Assembly (NCBI GenBank): GCA_964016885.1
Contig: OZ024741.1
Span: 352,594,001-352,658,000 of the forward strand
Reading direction: 5' to 3'
DNA from: Eledone cirrhosa
Lineage: Eukaryota
Length of the DNA: 64,000 nucleotides
Each line of letters starts with the position of its first letter. Positions within the stretch are counted from its first letter, which is position 1. Under the pieces are notes generated by a model. The model ran no database searches. It worked only from the letters and a program-made list of their open reading frames with translations, and was not told the origin of the DNA. This document shows positions 56,881-64,000 of this stretch, in pieces. The position numbers and the translations under genes were made by a program.

Positions 56881-57149
56881 AGGACTCACCGGAGAGAGTG
56901 TTTGTGGACACTGCCCCCGCCACCCTCTCAGAAATAAGTGGGCGAAGAAGTGGTGTTAGAAGGGTGAAACGTGGGCCATGCCATTAGGTACAATTAAAAC
57001 ATTTCAGCTTCATTACAAGGATAATTATTTTTTAAATGAGGCACACTGCAGAATCTACTCTCAACTTTCTTTGGGTGTGTGCGTGTATGTTCTCTCTCTT
57101 TCACTCACTGCCTCTGACCCTCTCGCTCTTCCGATCTCTCACTATTACA

Positions 57150-57560
57150 TGCAAATGGGAGCTCACGAGCTGGCCGCCCGCGGTCTCGGCGGACAGAATA
57201 GAGAAGGCGTTTCCCCGGAGGATGGTGAAGGAGACGCCTTGGAAGAACCATTCCAGTTTACAAGGCTCACATCTGCGGATACCCAACTCTGTGGCGATGG
57301 TGGTGAGTAGGGAGGTGGTCCTAGGGCCAAGGACACCAGAAGTCTCCACTGCTACGGGCTCGACAATAAACCTGTCGGAGAGCGATCGATATTTGGAGAG
57401 TTTACTCTCCTCGGCTTGAAGTGCAGCAGATCCTGGATTAGTCGCAGAGTGCACCAGGTTGCCGCTGGAGAAGGTGTCGCTGCATGTGGCATCCCAGAGA
57501 GGGGGGGGGGGGTTACCATCACGGAACGGGAAGATGGTCATGCCGTCTCTATTGAACGAA
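57150..57560 (-). mobile_element. CRE-like non-LTR retrotransposon fragment with restriction-like endonuclease motifs
   Basis: DGMTIFPF..G...WDATCSDT...AE..K..KY...F.PVAVETSGVLG...FQ.VS..ILRGNA. Confidence 0.7.
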
Positions 57561-58268
57561 TACTGTTACTGAGCAAAAAAAAAAAATCAATTTTTTTTTA
57601 ATATACACAAGCCATGAGTAATAAATCTGGACGGTCTTTCGTTTTAGATAGATTGCTTTTATGCAGATCAGTGGAACAGATACACTGATGCATGTTGCGA
57701 TATACTTTTCGATCTCGAATAATCGTCGTCCTCTCCGCTTATTAATTTTCAGATTTTTTTCAGCCCTCTCCCGCTTATTTTCCAGATTTTTTCCAACTCC
57801 CCACCCCTTATTAAATTTTGCTAATATATCTCTGGCGAAATGTTACCCCCCCCCCCCGCTTATTACACCCCGCCCCAATTATTTTGGACCCATGAGTACA
57901 GATGAATCAGGAGCCGGTCACTTTCATTTTATTCATTTATGTAGAGTGATTATAGTCTGTGAACATGTGAAAAGCTTTATATGACTAATGACCGACAGTC
58001 CTAATCAAAGCAATTCTAACGTTGTAACATTTTGTGCAGACAGATCAGTTCACACTGAACATATATATAAACAATTGAAGAGAAATTCTCTCATAATCTG
58101 GTCACTAGTCATATATAAACAGGGGCGGTGGAACTGGGGGGCAATAATTATATTTTTCTCCCCAAACTACCAAAACACATCTATTTGTATATACGCTATA
58201 ATTTATGTACATGTTATGTTATCGCATATCGAAGTTTTTTTTTATATCTTGGTTGATATTTGATAATG

Positions 58269-58423
58269 CAGTGAAATTCCTTTATAACGATATTCACGGG
58301 GTATAAACAAAACAACGTTGTAATGAAAAAAAATTTATAACGAAATCGACCTAACACATCGAGCCGGGGATTGAAAAAAAAAATTCGTTATAATGGTATT
58401 CGTTATAACAAAATTTTATCTGT
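58269..58423. mobile_element. Tc1/mariner (Tigger)-like MITE, decayed
   Basis: cagtgaaattcctttataacga ... tcgttataacaaaattttatctg-ta imperfect TIRs with internal ataacga repeats. Confidence 0.5.
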
Positions 58424-59699
58424 ATGTTAACCTTCATAGTAAATTTTTTTGTCATGTCATAACTTTTTTCTTCACATATCACTATTTGCCAATTGCTAGT
58501 ATGTGTATTCAGAGACAGATTTCATAGGTCATTTTGCTATAATCACTTTATAATTATTGAAAGTTGTAAATGTAATCTGACCGGCTTGGACTCAAATTGC
58601 ATTTTCTGACCATTTTAGGGTGCTAAACTAATCACTACAATTAAATTGACCAAATCCCCCCCCCCCCCCCCCCCCCAATTCAGAAATGTTTCCACCGCCC
58701 CTGATAAATTTTACATATTTGAGACTCATATTCACATATACTTCACTCGAGCTGAAATGAAAATAAACGGTACCTGGTTGATCTGTATATGTAAATTCCG
58801 GACGATTTATTAATAAAAGAAAAAGAAAATTCTGTAACATGCATTGACATCACTTTCTCTTCTCCGCGAAGTTGCAGGAGAGCCGTCTACCTAAAACAAA
58901 AGGTCTGTACATAGGACAGTCATTGCTGTTTAGTCCCGACCCAGCTGGTCAAAGGCTTTTTAGCCATAACTATCCCGTCTTTTCAGACATTTTATCTCGT
59001 ACTGAATCAGCCAATGTGTCTGTAGTTTTATGACTGCTATAGTGGCTTCTATGTTTAGCAGGTAGAGCAACCATGGAGAGGCTCTCCTTATTTTATTTAA
59101 TTGCCGATAGCTTTATCCCTAAGCATATTGCTATACGAGTGTACGTTCAGAAAATACAGATGTAAGGGAGGTAACTCTTGCTAGCTGGAATAATGCTTAA
59201 AACGAATCGATGCGCAGTTTATAATACATAGACACATCTATATATTTATAATGGAACTTAAGCAAAGTTTTTCACCATTTTTATTCCTCCCTTATATTTT
59301 TTTTCCGCTGATCCTTGTAGAAACGTGTTAGAAGAATAAAAAGAAGTCTTAACTTTTTTAACTTGGCTTTTATATATTTATATATATATAATTGACATGT
59401 AGAGAAGAGGAATCTAACATTTGGAGACTGTTCCTTCGTTTCTGGTAGAACAAATTTTTGATTGGGGTTCAAAATACATACAATACTTAAATGACCAGAA
59501 CATTTTCTTTTGGAAAATTTCCTTGTTTTACTAAATTTTAAACAGAGGGTATTATGATTCTTCAAAGACAATTTAAAAAAAAAAATTTCAATTTTTCCCA
59601 TTGGATCCCCCACTCCCCTTCCAACCCTTGTAAACATTTTTGTTTTTAAGTTTTTTCTTTATTTTTCTCTGAATTGTCAGGAAAAATATTGTAAAAAAT

Positions 59700-59730
<31 letters not shown>

Positions 59731-60339
59731 CCTTCCTTCGTATTTTGCCAAACTCATTATTATTTCTTTAGCTTTTTTTCCTTAAAAAGTTTTTTAAGCG
59801 ACATGTCTGTGTGCATGTATGTTTAGTCCACATGATACTGTCTTCAATTCTGCTTGGTACACAAGCATCTTCTCTGCTTGTCTTTACTATGTGTCACCTG
59901 CACCTGATACTCATTACTAACCATTATATTCAACATTCCCTCTCCCAGAACTGCATAACCTCTCTGAATCTCAGCTCCTTGCTAATCTCTCCCAATACTC
60001 TAATAATTCACATTAAACACTTACTAGTTTTCCTTATCAACTGGTTTAAGTGAAATGGGAGCTAAGATGGCTAAGGACACTCATTGTTCTTTTCTTTTCT
60101 CTTCATACTAACTACAAAGAGAAAAAAAAAAAGAAAGAAAAACCCTCCCCAAACTGCATTATATAGTAAAAGCCAGTCAGACACTTAAACGCTAACCTAG
60201 AGATTCAACATGTCACCAACTGTTAAGATTTTTACCATTTATTATACACTTTAATCTCCAGTTAATCTCAGCTTTAACGAGTGACAACTTGTCTTATTGA
60301 TTTACTACAACTCGATTTATTCTGTATAGATAAAAATAT

Positions 60340-61680
60340 TAAACTTTTTATTACCATACATATGATTTCTAAATTATTTTTTCAAATAATCAAGAATTTG
60401 GAGAGATTTAGTCATATAACTCACTTTGTCAGTATTTAACTGTGGGGAGCATAACTTAACCCTTTAGCATTTACATTATTCTATATTGGCAGTATCGGTA
60501 GAGGGTTGGACGCCATGTTTTCTAGCATAGTTACGTCCCTTTTCGGTCTGAGTTCAAATCCCGCCGAGGTTAACTTTGCCTTTCATCCTTAAGGGGTCGA
60601 TAAAATAAAGTACCAGTAATGTACTGGGTAATTGCTGGCCTTGTGCCTAAAGTAGAAACAATTATTCTATATATACTATTGTATTTTTGTGGTAAAGGCT
60701 TTATCTTACATAATTATTTCACTTAATATTGAATCTATGAGATTTTGATGTTATTTATTTTGAGAACAATACCTTAACATCAGTATGAGCAGCCAGTTAT
60801 GGCCGGTTTGAATAGAAAAAGGTGAGAGAATTCTGGCCAGCTGAAGGATTTAACAACGGTTTTTAGATAAACACTTTAACCCTTTCATTACAATATCTTT
60901 AATGAAAGAAAGACCTTGCCTATGATTTTCAAATAATTTAAAAAATAATCAAGAATTTGGAAAGATTCAATAATATAATCAACTTTCTCATTATTTATCA
61001 GTTGTTGGAAGCTGCCTATGATTTTCAAGAAATTTTGAGAGATTTCATCATATAACTAACTTACTCATTATTTTTCTAATATGAGGAGCATAGCTTAACA
61101 AAAGCTTTTAGATAAATATAAACACTTTAAACCTTTCATTGCCACATTTTTAATAGAAGACATTGCCTATGATTTTCAAATAATATTGGGGATTGTCCAT
61201 CCACTTCTTCACATCGGTCGTTGTTGAGACCTCAGGCGCACTCGGACCCTGTACTGCCGAGCTCCTTCACTAGATCAGAACGGTGGCAGCATGTCTGAGG
61301 AAGGAGTCCCACAAGGTGGAGTGGCTGTTGCAGCAGGTGTTGCTGCCCATTGTCCAAGGAAATGCTTTTGCGACCTTGTCTGTAGGGCACATCCCCAACA
61401 CCGCCGTGCCCTATGCCCAGAGCCCCCCTCTCCTCCCCTCACATTCTTCTATGACTCTAGATCCCTTGCCTTTTCCATCATTTGGAAAATAATCAAGAAT
61501 TTGGAAAGATTTAGTAATATAACTAATTTTCGCATTATTTATTTACTGTTTGGAGCATAACTTAACAAATGTTCTTAGAAGGAATTATGATGGAAGGTTT
61601 TTAGATAAATATAAACGTTTAAAAATATACAGCTTATTATCATAGAACCAGAGGTGGTTTCAGGGGGTTTGGTAACAAAA
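60340..61680. mobile_element. Nested cluster: tandem MITE-B units containing MITE-A (60460-60848) and a CRE-like fragment (61215-61475)
   Basis: Recurrent aataatcaagaatttgg.aagattt units; MITE-A inserted at TTAA; VVVETSGALGP..LQQVLLPIVQGNA fragment. Confidence 0.65.
60487..60660 (+). mobile_element. Full-length tRNA-derived SINE with 12-bp TSD
   Basis: TSD attattctatat at 60475-60486 and 60661-60672; A-box, B-box and core intact. Confidence 0.9.
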
Positions 61681-62564
61681 GTAAAAATATTCCAACTTGA
61701 GCTGATTTTGGATCTCCACACAGTTGCTTGACTTAGAATAAGTCTTCTCTCTGACCCCTGAGGAGAAATTTTATTTTAAGTGGTAGCATTCCTGGGACAA
61801 TTAAATTTTTTTAATACATTTTCTTTATACATTAAAAAACATACATGACAAAAAAAGTACATTACTAGAAATCCCATATAATATAAAATAAATAGGATGG
61901 GTTGGGGTCTCAATATGTAAACTAAACGACTAATTCTGGTTTTTTAAAAAATCAATGGAGACAACCTGGAAAAATTATGGATTTTCCACCATCTCCTCGC
62001 TTATTTCACCCACCCCTATTATTTGGGGTTCAAGAGTAGTTGAATACTTTATCAACTTGGTCATCTCATCTTTGCATTACATCAACATTAGCAATGAGGG
62101 GAGTTACTACATGATTGTTCGATTGTACATGATTTGTGCTATAAATAATAGCCAAATCTCCCTAAAATCATACTTCACTGTCTGAGCTTTTTGTTTCATA
62201 GATGCCATTTTGTTACTGAAAATTACAACTTCTTCCTGTAGAAGAGAAAATGTTAAACATGTTCAGAAAACCTTGAACTTTATAAATTAAAACAATGAAA
62301 AAGTAAAATCTCAAATAGTATCCAAGAAATGGTATTTTATAATCAGGAAAAGACTTTATGCTCACCCTGCATATATATATATAAGAGTATCAAAATAGAC
62401 AAATTGAGTTTGTGCTATTACGTTGAACTTTCCCACACGCTCAATGAATTCACGGGACTTGCACTTTCGAAGCGCCAGTCTGTGATTCCGGTCATATACA
62501 TTTAGCTATTAGTGGTAAGTTTGGGATTATCTGCGGGTGTAAAAAAATATTTCCCGGACCATAT

Positions 62565-63013
62565 ATCATCATCATACATCCACTTTTCCCTGCTTGCAAA
62601 GGTTGGACGGGTCCTATTCAGCACACCATCTCTCCACTTGTCACAGTCCTTCGTCATCTCCTCGGTGAGTTTCAGCGATCTGAAGTCTGCTCTCACCACC
62701 TCCGTCCATGTTTTTCGTGGTCTACCTCTACTGCGTCTTTCTTCTACTGGGATTTCTTGGCACTTCTTTACCCAGCGGTCATCCTCCATGCACATCCCAT
62801 GTCCATACCATCTCCGCCTTCTCTCCTGCACACCACAACTTATCCCTCTTATACCCAGTTTCTTTCTCAACTCGTCTATGCTTGGTCGTTCACGCACATT
62901 GGCATTGCACATCCAACGGAGCATACTTGCTTCATTTCTCTCCAGCAGTCGCATATCTTCTGCAGTTGCTGCCCATGTTTCACTACCATGCAGCATCGCG
63001 CATCTCACACAGG

Positions 63014-63020
<7 letters not shown>
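62565..63020 (-). mobile_element. 5'-truncated RTE LINE 3' end
   Basis: AMLHGSETWA..ERNEASMLRWMC..WYGH..GRPRKTW; 5' end abuts (TA)n. Confidence 0.9.
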
Positions 63021-63049
<29 letters not shown>

Positions 63050-63528
63050 GAGATAAACACAGATATATACATATATGTGTTCAAATCGTAAGGGACCAGA
63101 TTTGATAGGGTGAAAAAAATACTGACTATGAACAATGTGGTTTGCCAGACTCAATTTAAAAGAATAAATTAAGAAAAAATACAAACTGAAATTGTGACAA
63201 CTGTCAATTGTACATCCAGACAGCTTTTGGCAATGCTGTTTCGCAATTAAGTGGAAGGGAATTACCAATTCTATTGCTTGTCAGTGGCTGTTGAATTAGT
63301 AAACCCTTCATTTCTAAGTATCTCAGAAGACTGAATAGGCGCTTGTTTAAAATAGCGCACATGGCATTCAGAGCCTAGCGTTTCTCGTAAAACGTATGCT
63401 ACTAAAAATAGCAGCCAAGTTAACTCGGCATTTAAAGTAGCTCTACAAATTCAAGAAGCTGAATTTATCAAAAATATATATTGAGTTAGAAACTCAAAAT
63501 AGTCTCTTACAATTAAATAGCTCAAGGT

Positions 63529-63560
<32 letters not shown>

Positions 63561-64000
63561 GTGTGTATGTATATAATAATAATAATGAAAATTATTGTGT
63601 ACAGTGCTCAGGTGCACAACTTGTGAAAGGTACATGTATAGTACATAGAATAATGTCACGAAAGTAAACAGTGTATAAGTCATGATACACACACACACAT
63701 GCCTGAGAAGAAGGCAACCTCCCTGGTTGCACCACTATAAAATGCACTTGGTACTCTGACACATTAACCATTTTTGGTATAATGTACTAAGTGCATTTTA
63801 TCATGTCAGAAACACTGGTGAGGTTGCCTTGTGTAAAGTAGTAGTGCTGGTGTCAAGAAAAATGCACCTAATACACTATTAAGGTAGAAACCATGCCAAG
63901 TATGGACTATATGAGCAAGATAAAGTCATCCTGTTCTTGGTCTGTGCCAACTTGTGGGAAGTAGACATTAAATGATGATAATGATATAATGCCACAGATT

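Overview
AT-rich, repeat-dominated animal genomic DNA. The RTE 3'UTRs, tRNA-SINEs and (TA)n/(TATG)n load suggest an octopus or other cephalopod (inference). Only one convincing host exon is visible: 8251-8324 (+), encoding part of a calponin-homology domain of LMO7/LIMCH1 type, so most of the window is probably intronic. About 10.4-42 kb is mostly compound microsatellite, and its very long 'YIYI' ORFs are artefacts. Embedded in and around it are many 5'-truncated RTE LINEs whose RT carries an inserted PHD-type finger, a decayed Chapaev3-like DNA transposon, a Helitron derivative, CRE-like and Ingi/Vingi-like fragments, SINEs and MITEs. The most interesting signal is a set of non-coding fold-back or tandem elements from at least three sequence families. 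Each carries a minimal type I hammerhead ribozyme motif, with compensatory base changes between copies, consistent with Penelope-derived or retrozyme-like RNAs. All coordinates were read by eye and may be off by a few bases.
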